DNA of 64,000 bases, taken from Candidatus Latescibacterota bacterium. Lineage in GTDB: Bacteria > Latescibacterota > CBDEFO01. Of this stretch, positions 9,714 to 21,767 are shown piece by piece. The stretch is taken from positions 1,440,001 to 1,504,000 of the forward strand of contig CBDEFO010000008.1 of assembly GCA_965237525.1 (NCBI GenBank). Reading direction: 5' to 3'. Each line of letters begins with the position of its first letter. The stretch's first letter is position 1. The position numbers and the translations under genes were made by a program. The notes beneath the pieces were generated by a model. The model was not told where the DNA came from and made no database searches. It saw nothing but the letters and a program-made list of their open reading frames with translations.

Positions 9714-12700
9714 ATGTTAGGACAGATATTTACAAAGGTTTTCGGCAGTAGGCACATAAGGGACGCCAAGAAGATGATGCCCATTGTGGAGGAGATAAAT
9801 GCCTTCTACGAGGAGTATCACGGCCTCTCTGACGAAGAGCTGAGGGCAAAGACCGACGATTTTAAGGACAGGATAGGGGAAAGACTCCAGGAGGTAGAGG
9901 CACAGCTTGAGGAGTTGAGGGAGGAGTTCAAAAGGGAGGAGGATCACGATCTAAAGGGTCCTCTGATGGACCAGATCAAAGAGTTCGAGGAGGAGCGAAA
10001 AAGGGAGACGAACGCTGTTTTAGACGAGATCCTGCCTGAGGCGTTCGCGGTTGTCAAAGAAGTTTGTCGCAGGTTCGTGGGAAGGCAATGGGATGTCTGC
10101 GGCCAGACGATAACGTGGAACGATGTCCCCTACGACGTGCAATTGATAGGCGCGTTCGTCCTCCATCAGGGCAAGGTAGCTGAGATGGCCACAGGCGAGG
10201 GAAAGACGTTAGTGGCTACGATGCCGCTCTATCTGAACGCCCTTTCGGGAAGGGGCGCCCACCTTGTGACGCCCAACGATTATCTGGCTCGAAGGGACGC
10301 CTCGTGGATGGGTCCCATCTACGATTTCTTAGGTCTTACGCTGGGCGTGATTCAGGACAAGGGGGACTATACGCAGCCAGATTCGTTTATTTTTGTGAAA
10401 AAGGGAGACGACTACGCCCTCGAACCTTCTGAACGCAAAGCGGTCTATCTAGCTGACATCACCTATGGAAATAACAACGAATTCGGGTTCGACTATTTAA
10501 GGGACAACATATCCACCAGCACGGAGGACATAGTTCAAAAGGATTACAACTATGCTATCGTGGACGAAGTCGACAGCATCTTAATAGATGAAGCCAGAAC
10601 GCCTCATATTATGTCGGGGCCTGTTCCCGAATCGACCCAAAGATACAGCGAGCTTAAACCCCTGATTCAAAAGCTTGTGAACAGCCAGACGAGGCTTGTG
10701 AACAGTTTGCTGGCTGAGGCGGAGAGCATGTTGAAAAACGGCGATGACGATTACGAAGTCGGGATCAAACTACTGCAGGTCCAAAGGGGGAGCCCCCGAA
10801 ACAAAAGGTTTATGAAGCTGATCCAGGGAGAGGGGATAAAGAAGTTAATAAATCGTGTGGAAGCTGACTTTATGCGAGATAAAAAGATGGGGGAGATAGA
10901 TGAGGACTTGTTCTACAGCATAGATGAAAAGGGACATACGATAGACCTTACGGATCAGGGGAGGTCGTCACTCCTTCCTGAGGAACAGGATATGTTAGTG
11001 CTCCCAGACTTGAGCGAAAATCTCAAAGAGATAGAGAACGACGACTCTCTGTCCGAGGATGAAAAGGTGCAAAAGCAGGATGAAGCTCACAGGGCTTATG
11101 CTCTAAGAAGCGAGACTATTCACAACATAAGTCAGCTTTTAAGGGCATATTCGCTCTTTGAAAGGGACGTTGAGTACGTGGTTCAGGAGGGACACGTTAT
11201 TATTGTGGACGAATTTACGGGGAGGCTTCAGCCCGGACGGAGATTTTCAGACGGTCTGCATCAGGCTCTGGAGGCAAGGGAGAACGTCAAGATAGAAAGA
11301 GAGACCCAGACGATAGCGAGCATTACTCTCCAGAACTACTTCAGACGACTCTACGACAAGCTGGCAGGGATGACAGGAACAGCGGAGACGGAGGCTAATG
11401 AGTTCTTCGACATCTACAAATTAGACGTGGCGGTCATCCCGACCAACGAGCCAGTCAGAAGGATAGATTACGATGACGTTATATACAGGACCAAGAGGGA
11501 AAAGTACAACGCTATCATAGATGAAATCGCCACTATGCACCAGAACAATCTTCCGGTCCTGGTCGGGACTATTTCGGTGGAAGTGTCCGAGACTTTAAGC
11601 CGTATGCTCAGGCGAAGGGGGATACCTCATTCCGTGTTGAACGCCAAGTATCATCAGAAAGAGGCTGAAATCGTGGCCAAGGCGGGTGAACCGGGGTCTA
11701 TTACTATCGCCACGAATATGGCCGGAAGAGGGACGGATATAAAGTTAGGACTGAGGGTTGTAAAGTGCGACAAGTGTCTTGTGGGTTCAGGGCTCCCCGG
11801 ATCTACTCCTACAGCCGACGGCCTTACGCTATCTGACTGCGAAGCCGAGGTTCCGTGCGGCCTTCAGATTATAGGTACAGAAAGGCACGATGCCAGGAGG
11901 ATCGACAGACAGCTGAGAGGCAGGAGCGGAAGACAGGGCGATCCGGGGGCATCCAGATTCTTTCTGTCCTTAGAGGACGACCTGATGAGGCTCTTCGGCT
12001 CTGAAAGGATAGCTTCAATTATGGACAGATTGGGCGCCGAAGAAAATGAGGTAATAGAGCACTCTTTAGTTACCAAATCTATCAGCAACGCTCAGAAGAA
12101 GGTGGAGAACAGGAACTTCGAGATGAGGAAGCACGTTCTGGAGTACGACGACGTGATGAATCAACAGCGTGAGGTGATCTACGATAGGAGGAGGGACGCA
12201 TTAGAAAAAGAGGACGTAGTGAAACATATCGTCGAGATGATAGATCAGACGGTGGAATCTTTAGTGGAGGCTCACACAGACAACAGGTCCTACCCTGAAG
12301 AGTGGGATTGGGACGGATTGAAGATGGATTTGAGAAATATCTTCTTGATCGAGCTTCCCACGGACCAAGAGGAGATGCCAGGTCTCAAGCAAGAGGACCT
12401 GAGGGAGAGGATAAAATCCGAGGTGATGCAGGTTTACAGAAGGCGAGAGGAGAAAATCGGTTCGGAACGCTTACGACAGATAGAAAAGATGGTGCTTTTG
12501 GGCGTTATAGACGACAAATGGAGAGAGCACCTTTACGAGATAGATAGTCTCAAAGAGGGGATCGGCCTGAGAGCCTACGGTCAGAAAGACCCTCTGGTCG
12601 AGTACAAAACCGAAGCGTTCCATATGTTCGTCGATCTTTTGGATGGCATCAACACGGAGACTCTGAAGTTCCTGTTCAGAACGCCTATTGAGGAGAGGTC

Positions 12701-12962
12701 CCCCATGGATTCAATCGGGGATCCGAGGATGAGAAGGAGGAGGGCGCCTGAGGGGATCAGACTGATGCACGAAGATGCAACGGGAATGGGCTTTGATGTG
12801 GGGCCTGATGAATCTGAGATCGTAGAACAAAGGGGCGGCGCGCCAGTAAGGGAAAAGGCCGTCAAGCAGGTGGTCAGAGCTGGTCCCAAGGTGGGAAGGA
12901 ACGATCCCTGTATCTGCGGCAGCGGAAAAAAATACAAAAAGTGCTGTGGCAGAAAAGCCTGA
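9714..12962 (+). CDS. secA: Preprotein translocase ATPase SecA
   Basis: EMATGEGKT, DEVDSILIDEARTP, ATNMAGRGTDI, QLRGRSGRQGDPG, C-terminal GRNDPCICGSGKKYKKCCG. Confidence 0.98.
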   Translation: MLGQIFTKVFGSRHIRDAKKMMPIVEEINAFYEEYHGLSDEELRAKTDDFKDRIGERLQEVEAQLEELREEFKREEDHDLKGPLMDQIKEFEEERKRETNAVLDEILPEAFAVVKEVCRRFVGRQWDVCGQTITWNDVPYDVQLIGAFVLHQGKVAEMATGEGKTLVATMPLYLNALSGRGAHLVTPNDYLARRDASWMGPIYDFLGLTLGVIQDKGDYTQPDSFIFVKKGDDYALEPSERKAVYLADITYGNNNEFGFDYLRDNISTSTEDIVQKDYNYAIVDEVDSILIDEARTPHIMSGPVPESTQRYSELKPLIQKLVNSQTRLVNSLLAEAESMLKNGDDDYEVGIKLLQVQRGSPRNKRFMKLIQGEGIKKLINRVEADFMRDKKMGEIDEDLFYSIDEKGHTIDLTDQGRSSLLPEEQDMLVLPDLSENLKEIENDDSLSEDEKVQKQDEAHRAYALRSETIHNISQLLRAYSLFERDVEYVVQEGHVIIVDEFTGRLQPGRRFSDGLHQALEARENVKIERETQTIASITLQNYFRRLYDKLAGMTGTAETEANEFFDIYKLDVAVIPTNEPVRRIDYDDVIYRTKREKYNAIIDEIATMHQNNLPVLVGTISVEVSETLSRMLRRRGIPHSVLNAKYHQKEAEIVAKAGEPGSITIATNMAGRGTDIKLGLRVVKCDKCLVGSGLPGSTPTADGLTLSDCEAEVPCGLQIIGTERHDARRIDRQLRGRSGRQGDPGASRFFLSLEDDLMRLFGSERIASIMDRLGAEENEVIEHSLVTKSISNAQKKVENRNFEMRKHVLEYDDVMNQQREVIYDRRRDALEKEDVVKHIVEMIDQTVESLVEAHTDNRSYPEEWDWDGLKMDLRNIFLIELPTDQEEMPGLKQEDLRERIKSEVMQVYRRREEKIGSERLRQIEKMVLLGVIDDKWREHLYEIDSLKEGIGLRAYGQKDPLVEYKTEAFHMFVDLLDGINTETLKFLFRTPIEERSPMDSIGDPRMRRRRAPEGIRLMHEDATGMGFDVGPDESEIVEQRGGAPVREKAVKQVVRAGPKVGRNDPCICGSGKKYKKCCGRKA

Positions 12963-13073
12963 GGATGTAGAGCCTGATGTGAAGATCGCAACTGTGTGCC
13001 TTCCGCACTGCGCAAACACAGAAATCGCTATGTTCCATAGCTGGAATAATTGAAGAAAGGAGATGGGAAGAGA

Positions 13074-13682
13074 ATGGCAATGATGAAGTGTTTGATTTGT
13101 GTTTCAACAGTATGCATAATCTTCTTTGCACTCATAATAGGATGCAGTAATCCCTTTAGCCCTAAGCCGAAGCGACCTCCCGACATACCTGTCGAAGTCG
13201 ACATAGTAGATGTCATTCCAGATGCCACAACGCCTGAGATTTTCCTTGAGAATCTGGATTTCGCTATGGATCATAAAGACATTGGAGTGTATGAAGACCT
13301 GCTCGATGAAAGGTATTGGTGGACAGAACCGAACCAAACGGATAGTCTGGATTTCGCCTGGGGAAAGGATCGGGATATTGAGGTTGTGAAACGCATCTTT
13401 GAGGAGTTCGCGATCTTTGATTTCGACTTTACTCAGGCTGTGGGCACACGAGGGAGATTCACAGAGGAGAAGGGAACTGAGCTTCCACAATTTGAGGGCG
13501 ATCCTAACGCTCATACTGACGAGGATTGGGAGGTGCTATTCGGTCCTGTGAATATGTTTATGGTGGATGAAACACGGGAAAACGGCTTCCGCGTAAGCCA
13601 GAATATGACCTTTAAGCTGAGGCAGAACGAGAAGGGCCTGTGGAAGATAGTCCGTTGGATCGATGATCCCATCCTCCAGTAG
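13074..13682 (+). CDS. Hypothetical lipoprotein
   Basis: Hydrophobic signal with IIGC lipobox; ends WKIVRWID (NTF2-like ending). Confidence 0.7.
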   Translation: MAMMKCLICVSTVCIIFFALIIGCSNPFSPKPKRPPDIPVEVDIVDVIPDATTPEIFLENLDFAMDHKDIGVYEDLLDERYWWTEPNQTDSLDFAWGKDRDIEVVKRIFEEFAIFDFDFTQAVGTRGRFTEEKGTELPQFEGDPNAHTDEDWEVLFGPVNMFMVDETRENGFRVSQNMTFKLRQNEKGLWKIVRWIDDPILQ

Positions 13683-13914
13683 AGAATTGCTATTGCAAAG
13701 TGACCTATGGCAAGAAAGTATTGAAGCCTTTCTTCCTTATATTCTTAATTTATATGGACAGGAGTAGAAGCCGCACACTGAGCACTCAGAGCTTGGCCAA
13801 GGGGAAAAGGTAGCTCAAACGTCTAAAATGAACTTAAGTTATCCTTTCCAGTATTCTGGGGGTATGTTAGCTTGCAGGCCAAAGATTTAGTACTACAAGA
13901 GTGCACACTTTATC

Positions 13915-14210
13915 CAAAGTGTAAATTCAGAGCCACTTCCGAGGAAGTTGACGGCTCCTTTGCCGTAAAAGATCTGTTCTCCTCCAAATATCTCCATATA
14001 TACTTTATCTTCCACTTTGGAGACCTCATTGATTCTCTTGGCCTTTTGCTAGGACTCTACTGTAGCCTCATCGAGGAACACTTTGTCCTCTGTGCACGAC
14101 TCTACAAAGTGCGCTCTTGGGGCTATTAGTCCTGCGATGTCGTACATCTCGGCTTATCTGTGTATCCCGCGAATCTATTCGTCTACGAGCTTTGAGCATT
14201 TCCGCAGTGG
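13915..14210 (-). pseudogene. Decayed C-terminal part of an alpha/beta hydrolase
   Basis: Minus strand reads ...*IRGIHR*AEMYDIAGLIAPRAHFVESCTEDKVF...ES*QKAKRINEV...MEIFGGEQIFYGKGAVNFL with in-frame stops; coordinates approximate. Confidence 0.6.
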
Positions 14211-14314
14211 ACCCTCCACTTTGACAAAAACCCGCTTGACATTGGATACAGGATGATATATATTGTAAATGTTTTAGCGCATAACTTTTCGGAGAGACAA
14301 CGCAGACTGCTCAA

Positions 14315-14869
14315 ATGGCGACGACTCCAAGTGAGTTATCAGTAGATGGGTTCGGCAAATTAGCTGAGCAGAAAAAGCGTAGGCCTGGGGGACAGATGCG
14401 TTCAAGAACTGGGATCTTACCAGAAAAGTTCTTTGGATACTCTTGGGGATTCCCTTTCGATGTTGATGTTCCATCTGAACGCTTTTTGGGACAAGTTACT
14501 ATGGGTAAGAAGAATGAAAAATTGATATTCCACTCGTACTCTCCGCAACAGATCCAAGCTATATCGGACGCCAGACAGTCTCAGGATAAGCCTTGTTGTA
14601 TAGCAGATCTGATAAGCGATGGGATGGACCCCATAATGTGGGCTCGGCTTGAGGAAATCATGGAGCTGTTCCTTGATGAAAAAGATCTTCAGGTGGTCGG
14701 GCTATTCTTGGAGGGATTGTCCTTTAGGAAGATCGGGGACGTGATGGGTATCTCAAGGAAGGCCGCAAGTTCCCGATATAAGAAAGTTGTAAGACTGCTC
14801 CGACACGGCCCTGAAAGACGTGCATCGGTGTCCGCTCAGCACGAATTTACCTCAGTTTCTGCACCTTAA
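14315..14869 (+). CDS. Hypothetical protein with C-terminal sigma-70 region 4-like HTH
   Basis: LDEKDLQVVGLFLEGLSFRKIGDVMGISRKAASSRYKK; start uncertain. Confidence 0.55.
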   Translation: MATTPSELSVDGFGKLAEQKKRRPGGQMRSRTGILPEKFFGYSWGFPFDVDVPSERFLGQVTMGKKNEKLIFHSYSPQQIQAISDARQSQDKPCCIADLISDGMDPIMWARLEEIMELFLDEKDLQVVGLFLEGLSFRKIGDVMGISRKAASSRYKKVVRLLRHGPERRASVSAQHEFTSVSAP

Positions 14870-14881
14870 ATCCGCTCAAGG

Positions 14882-16270
14882 TCAAGGTATCGTCCCTTCC
14901 TTCTTCAGCATACCTATTGACGCATCGAACGCTTCAGCAGTCGTTTCTATATCTTCCTCAGAGTGAACGGAAGACGTCAACCCCTTGAGACCACCCAAAT
15001 CTATCCCATTTAGACGCATCGCGCTCCCGAATCTTTGGCTAAGTTCAGGTGGACCGCCTTTCTTCAACCTCTCTATATCGTACTGCCAGGCCTTCATCTC
15101 TCCTGAGCGCAGCTTGTAGGCGTCTTCGTACATAAGCAGCATGAAGCCCGAAAAATGCCTGTAGGTGTGCCAGGTTAGCCCGTGCTTTAAAATAATCTCG
15201 TTAAACAGGTCGGTCAGATACGCCCCCAACTTATTAGCCTTTTCTATCTCCTCTCCGGATTTTACCTCCCTTAGTGTGGCTATACCGGCGACAGCAGAGA
15301 GCGGATTGGCGTTGAACGTCCCCGGATGGTGCATCTTTTTGTGATCGTTCCATCTTGAATCTTCCTTGAATTGTAAGATCTCCATTATATCAGCCCTTCC
15401 TGCCACTGCGCCCACCGGTAGTCCTCCCGCCAGGATCTTGGCAAGGGTTGTGATGTCGGGGCATATATCGTAATATTCCTGCGCTCCCCCTGGAGAGCAT
15501 CTGAACCCCGTTATCACCTCGTCGAAGATCAGAAGGCAGTTGTATCTTTTTGTTACTGCCCTTAAGTCGTTGAGGAAGCCCTCCTTAGTAGGTATAACCC
15601 CGAAGTTCGCCCCTGAAGGCTCGAGTATCACTGCAGATATATCGTTGTCCTTTTTCAGTGCTTCCTCGACTGCATCTATATCGTTAGGCAGACAGATGAC
15701 AGCACTTTGGAAGACCTCATCCAAAAGACCGTTCGGGATATGCCCGTCGAAGGGGGGATATGTCTCCACTATCACACTGTCGTGCCATCCGTGGAAATGT
15801 CCCCTAAACTTTATGAACTTTCTCTTTCCAGTAAACGCCCTTGCCAGCCTCAGCGCCATAAGCGTGGCCTCGGTACCTGAGCTTGTAAACCTGATCCTGT
15901 CCATTCTTGGCAAAAGCTCCAGTACGAGCTCCGCCCATTCTATCTCCAGTTCGTGACATGCTCCGTAGTGAGTTCCCCTTTCTATTTGTCTTTTAAGTGC
16001 CTCCACAACCTTCGGGTGACAGTGTCCCAGAATCAAAGCTCCGTGCCCCATCCAATAATCTATGTACTCTCTTCCGTTTTTGTCCCACTTTTTCGATCCC
16101 TGACACCTGTCTATGTAGATGGGAAAGGGTTCATAATACCTATTGTCGTGGGTGACGCCGTTCGGAAATAGAGACAAAGCCCTGTCGTGTGCCCTCTTGT
16201 AATCGGCAAATGCTCTTTGATATTCCTCTTCGATGTCGAAACGCAGGCTCTCCTTGATCACCCGGGACAT
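14882..16270 (-). CDS. Class III PLP aminotransferase (glutamate-1-semialdehyde aminomutase-like)
   Basis: FTSSGTEAT, FRGHFHG, LIFDEVITGFR, LAKILAGG, GTFNANP. Confidence 0.9.
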   Translation of the reverse strand: MSRVIKESLRFDIEEEYQRAFADYKRAHDRALSLFPNGVTHDNRYYEPFPIYIDRCQGSKKWDKNGREYIDYWMGHGALILGHCHPKVVEALKRQIERGTHYGACHELEIEWAELVLELLPRMDRIRFTSSGTEATLMALRLARAFTGKRKFIKFRGHFHGWHDSVIVETYPPFDGHIPNGLLDEVFQSAVICLPNDIDAVEEALKKDNDISAVILEPSGANFGVIPTKEGFLNDLRAVTKRYNCLLIFDEVITGFRCSPGGAQEYYDICPDITTLAKILAGGLPVGAVAGRADIMEILQFKEDSRWNDHKKMHHPGTFNANPLSAVAGIATLREVKSGEEIEKANKLGAYLTDLFNEIILKHGLTWHTYRHFSGFMLLMYEDAYKLRSGEMKAWQYDIERLKKGGPPELSQRFGSAMRLNGIDLGGLKGLTSSVHSEEDIETTAEAFDASIGMLKKEGTIP

Positions 16271-16531
16271 CTGAATCTCCTTGTGTCTAACGTTCTTTTA
16301 TCTATCGTCAATTAGTCTTTAACCATCCTGCAAACATAAAAATAGTAGCCCAACTGATAGTATTTGTCAAGGCTTTTGTTTGAAGATGCGATGGTTGTTT
16401 CTATTTCAAAGATGAAGCCATTACAGATAGCTATGAGTATAAACCTTCAGGAAATCTTGATACTAAGGTTTTCCGGTCGTCATCCACGATCTTTTTATCC
16501 CCAATTTTATCAAACTTACAGCAAAAAGCTG

Positions 16532-16560
16532 TTGACTTTTATCCATATATTGGTTATACT
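16532..16560 (+). promoter_or_regulatory. Sigma-70-type promoter upstream of the sigma factor gene
   Basis: TTGACT-17 bp-TATACT. Confidence 0.65.
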
Positions 16561-16803
16561 ATTATATAAATATGCAGGCTGTTTGAGACATTCAGGAGCT
16601 AAGGACGCTGCCATGCGCAAACGTAGCTGCAGCGTTTTTTATTTCCAGAATTCCTGATTGGGCTGCTATTTTTGGCAAGTAGGGAACCTTATGGACGGTT
16701 TGGGGTCTAGTAATGTGAGCAAACTTTGAAACGGATTATGATCTGTTCAAGGGCAAAATTACACTTCTAAATTAGCTTTGGTTAACTAAGGAGGTAAAAG
16801 AGT

Positions 16804-18400
<1,597 letters not shown>

Positions 18401-18480
18401 GCGGAAACTGTCTGACGACTCGAGAAGGTACGTAGAAGACGTTGGTTTTCCTCTCACCAGATATATTCCCACAGATCTGT

Positions 18481-20211
18481 TCATAAGCGCCTCAGCTTGA
18501 TCCTAACGGTCCTGTTTCGGGGCACAGATTCCAATTGGAGCCTGAGGGCATCGTTTGCCTCTTTATGGTTACAGCCGTCAACTTCTATCTTAATACTATC
18601 GAGGTCAACGACAGGCTCTATAGTTATGGTAATATGCGGGATTTCTCTTTCGGATTCGAGGAAAAATTCTAACGTTTTTCCCTTTCGTTGTTGTTGAATT
18701 ATCCTCAACGATTCTCTATCCCTCCACCAATCGGCTATCCCCTTTCCAGTGGCGCAATAGGCGTCACTCTCCTGTATCAGCATGAGAGTGTGTTCATAGA
18801 GCGGTTCTATATATGGAAATTCGCTTTTGTCGAGACTGTTTTGGTGCACAAGGAAAGTGAAGAGCCCGCCATTTTTCTCCGCCTTTTGGAGCAGGCTTTG
18901 GGTCGCCTCGAAGGCGTCTTGGGCAGTGTAGCCCTTATATCCTGTAAGGGTCGAGTCCATAAGGCTGAGCGGTATCTCCAGAAAATCCATTTGTTGTTCC
19001 TGGGTGTGGTCGAACGGGTGGAGTGGGAAAGATGTTCCCGCTCTAAATCCCTCACAATCTGCATATCCTAATGTGGCGTCGTACTGAAATCCGGCGATCT
19101 TTTGGCTCTTTAGCGTGGTGTCGTAGTCCAGTCTGAGGTAGTGCTGCCTGACTCCAGAGATCTCTCCTTTTGATATCCCCTCGAGCATCTTCTTGTCGGA
19201 TTTGAGTTGAGATACGTCCCTGTAGGATGTCATACCCCCATGGAGCCCGATTTCGCATCCTCGCTTTTTGAGCTTTTTTATTAGCTCCTGTACATCTCTG
19301 CGATTGATATAGTACGAGGGGTCGGATTTGACTCTCCTTTTGACTCCGAAGTAGAAGGAGGATTTAACACCGGCCCTTTCTTCCATCTGCAGGAGTCGGT
19401 CGAACGTCCAGTACGGGTCTTTATCGCTGAGCACGGATAGAGCTAACTCTTTTAACTTCAAAGGATCTCTTCCACTTCTTATCGTCTCGTACCCGATCCT
19501 TTTGGGGGTCCACTTTCTTATGCGGTCAACATCGTGCGAAAAAAAGGCAGCAAACGGTTTCCCCCGAGGCCAGGCACATTTTCGGATTAGAATCTTGCCT
19601 GTGACGCGACAGCATTCGATTATAACGTTTATGAGCGCCTGCGCGTGTTCGTCTATCACCGCGCGATCGAGCAGTCCCGATCTTCCGAGGAGACTCTGGC
19701 TACTTGGAAATCTATTCCATTTATCGCGTTCTGCGTTGCGCTGTTCTTCGATTCGGGATAGATGGAAGAACGTATTGGCAAAGAGGTCGAAGTTGAAGAC
19801 GCATAATGCTCCGGAGCCTATCTTTTCTATCGTGGCGGGCTGGTTCGACCGCTGCATGTGGGAAGTATCATTTTGAGCTTTTACATCGCCCCAAAATGGG
19901 ACGTTCTCCTCGGTCTTCAAATCTTTAAAATAGCTAAGAGATGTCTCAATCCCTTCAAATTCTTCTCGCCCCCATTCAGGACCATATAGATACGAACAGC
20001 AGGGTATATGGATAAGAAGTGTCCCGCCTCGGCACATCTTCGTATATTCGTCGGAGAACGTCGAACCGTAGTGTATCACCGCATTTTCATCGCCATCTAT
20101 ATGAGATGTGAATCTGAAGCTTAATCCGGCGATAGAAAACAGGGAAGAAATAGCATATTCTGCTCTCTTTTTAAGGGCGTCTTCTATCTGTGTAAGGCAG
20201 TGAAGTATCAT
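18481..20211 (-). CDS. Polysaccharide deacetylase-family protein
   Basis: FFHLSRIEE, SHDVD, EIGLHG, GVRQHYLR, YDATLG, GFRAGTSFP; ATG at 20211 likely. Confidence 0.8.
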   Translation of the reverse strand: MILHCLTQIEDALKKRAEYAISSLFSIAGLSFRFTSHIDGDENAVIHYGSTFSDEYTKMCRGGTLLIHIPCCSYLYGPEWGREEFEGIETSLSYFKDLKTEENVPFWGDVKAQNDTSHMQRSNQPATIEKIGSGALCVFNFDLFANTFFHLSRIEEQRNAERDKWNRFPSSQSLLGRSGLLDRAVIDEHAQALINVIIECCRVTGKILIRKCAWPRGKPFAAFFSHDVDRIRKWTPKRIGYETIRSGRDPLKLKELALSVLSDKDPYWTFDRLLQMEERAGVKSSFYFGVKRRVKSDPSYYINRRDVQELIKKLKKRGCEIGLHGGMTSYRDVSQLKSDKKMLEGISKGEISGVRQHYLRLDYDTTLKSQKIAGFQYDATLGYADCEGFRAGTSFPLHPFDHTQEQQMDFLEIPLSLMDSTLTGYKGYTAQDAFEATQSLLQKAEKNGGLFTFLVHQNSLDKSEFPYIEPLYEHTLMLIQESDAYCATGKGIADWWRDRESLRIIQQQRKGKTLEFFLESEREIPHITITIEPVVDLDSIKIEVDGCNHKEANDALRLQLESVPRNRTVRIKLRRL

Positions 20212-20309
20212 AAAAAATACCCAAAGCGAAAAAGTAAAACCGTTGCGTCTTTCCGCCTTCAAAATAACGACGTTTCCCATCAGGGTCAAGGACAAATATG
20301 GATTTCTCT

Positions 20310-20338
20310 TTGACATAGACGTATCGTATTGTTATATT
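20310..20338 (+). promoter_or_regulatory. Sigma-70-type promoter of mgtE
   Basis: TTGACA-17 bp-TATATT with extended TG. Confidence 0.6.
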
Positions 20339-20419
20339 CTGTCAATTACAAAGCGGTGTTAAGGAATAGCCATAGATGAGATCGCACGGTCACCTGAGTC
20401 GAAAAAGAATTTAAAAGAA

Positions 20420-21679
20420 ATGCCCGAAGAGAACGGCCCAGATCTTTTTGATGTCATCAAGGACTGTCTTGAGCGGGAGGATACGGATAGTTTGGTGGGT
20501 ATTTTAAAGGATCATCATCCTGCGGATGTGGCCCACGCTCTCAGACATTTAGATGAGGATGAAGGAGAACTTGTGTTCAGTCTATTAGGTGAGGAAGACT
20601 CCGGAATTGTGTTAGAAGAACTGGACAGGGCATCCAGGGTCGAGATTTTAGAGGACATAGACAGCAAAGAGTTGGTAGAGATCGTAGAGAATCTGCCTCC
20701 CGACGAAACGGGGGACATTATAGCTGATCTTCCCGAAGGGACGGCGGGGAGTTTAATGACTCCGCATCTGATCTCTGTTCAAAGGGACATGACCGTCCCG
20801 GAGGTTATAGATTATCTGAGGGATTCGGGCCAATCTGATGCGATATTTTACGTGTCGTGGTGGACAACCAGGATCGTCTTGTAGGTGTTGTCCTTATAAG
20901 GAGGCTTGTGACCGCTCAGCCCTGGATGGTTATGGCGGACATCTTAGATCCTGACGTTGTCGCCATAGATGTCCTGTTGGATCGAAAGGAGATAAAAAGG
21001 AGTTTCAGCAGGTACAATCTCTTAGCTGTTCCTGTTGTAGATGGGAACAATAAGCTTTTAGGTCAGATAACATCGGACGCTGTCCTGCACGCGGTGGAGG
21101 ATGAGGCTACTGAGGACGCATATAAGATGGCGGGGACCAGCGAAGAGGAGCAGGCGAGCCGGTCTGTTCTCAAGATAGCGGGGATAAGGCTTCCCCAGCT
21201 TTTGGTGTGTATGTTCGGGACTTTTATCTCTGCAAGTGTGATAAGATTCTTTCAGGTGACTTTAAGTCAAGCTATAGCGTTAGCCGCTTTCATCCCCGCT
21301 CTAATGGCGATGAGCGGCAGTAGCGGGCTCCAAACATCGACTATAATGGTCAGGGGTTTAGGGACAGGCTATGTCGATCCTTCTCACATACTGAAATTAG
21401 TTGCAAGGGAATTTGGGATAGTCTTGTGATAGGGGCAACTTGTGGGATTATCGCGGGAGTTGGGCCAAAGCTATGGATAGGTACCGCTATCTTCGGCATT
21501 ATTGTGGGAGGGGCTATATTTTTGGCTGTTCTTATAGCTTCAACTTTGGGGATTTTGATCCCCATTTTTTTCAAAAAGCTGGGCGTAGATCCCGCTGTGA
21601 CCTCAGGGCTTCGATAACCACAGCCAACGATGTCCTGGGGCTGTTTATCTATCTGTTCTTTGGCTACAGCTATGCTTAA
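20420..21679 (+). pseudogene. mgtE: Magnesium transporter MgtE, disrupted
   Basis: HPADVA, TAGSLMT, CBS domains, FIPALMAMSG, VDPAVTSG and ITTANDV are spread over four ORF segments (three frameshifts), with an apparent deletion before GTAG. Confidence 0.85.
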
Positions 21680-21710
21680 GTATTTCAGCCCTTAATTTGG
21701 AGATAAAAGT

Positions 21711-21740
21711 AGGGGACTCAAAATGAGCCCCCTTTCCTTT
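21711..21740. terminator. Hairpin between convergent mgtE and yceI-like genes
   Basis: AGGGGACTCA-AAA-TGAGCCCCT followed by a T-rich run. Confidence 0.6.
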
Positions 21741-21767
21741 TTGACTACCGTACGGATACTATCACTT

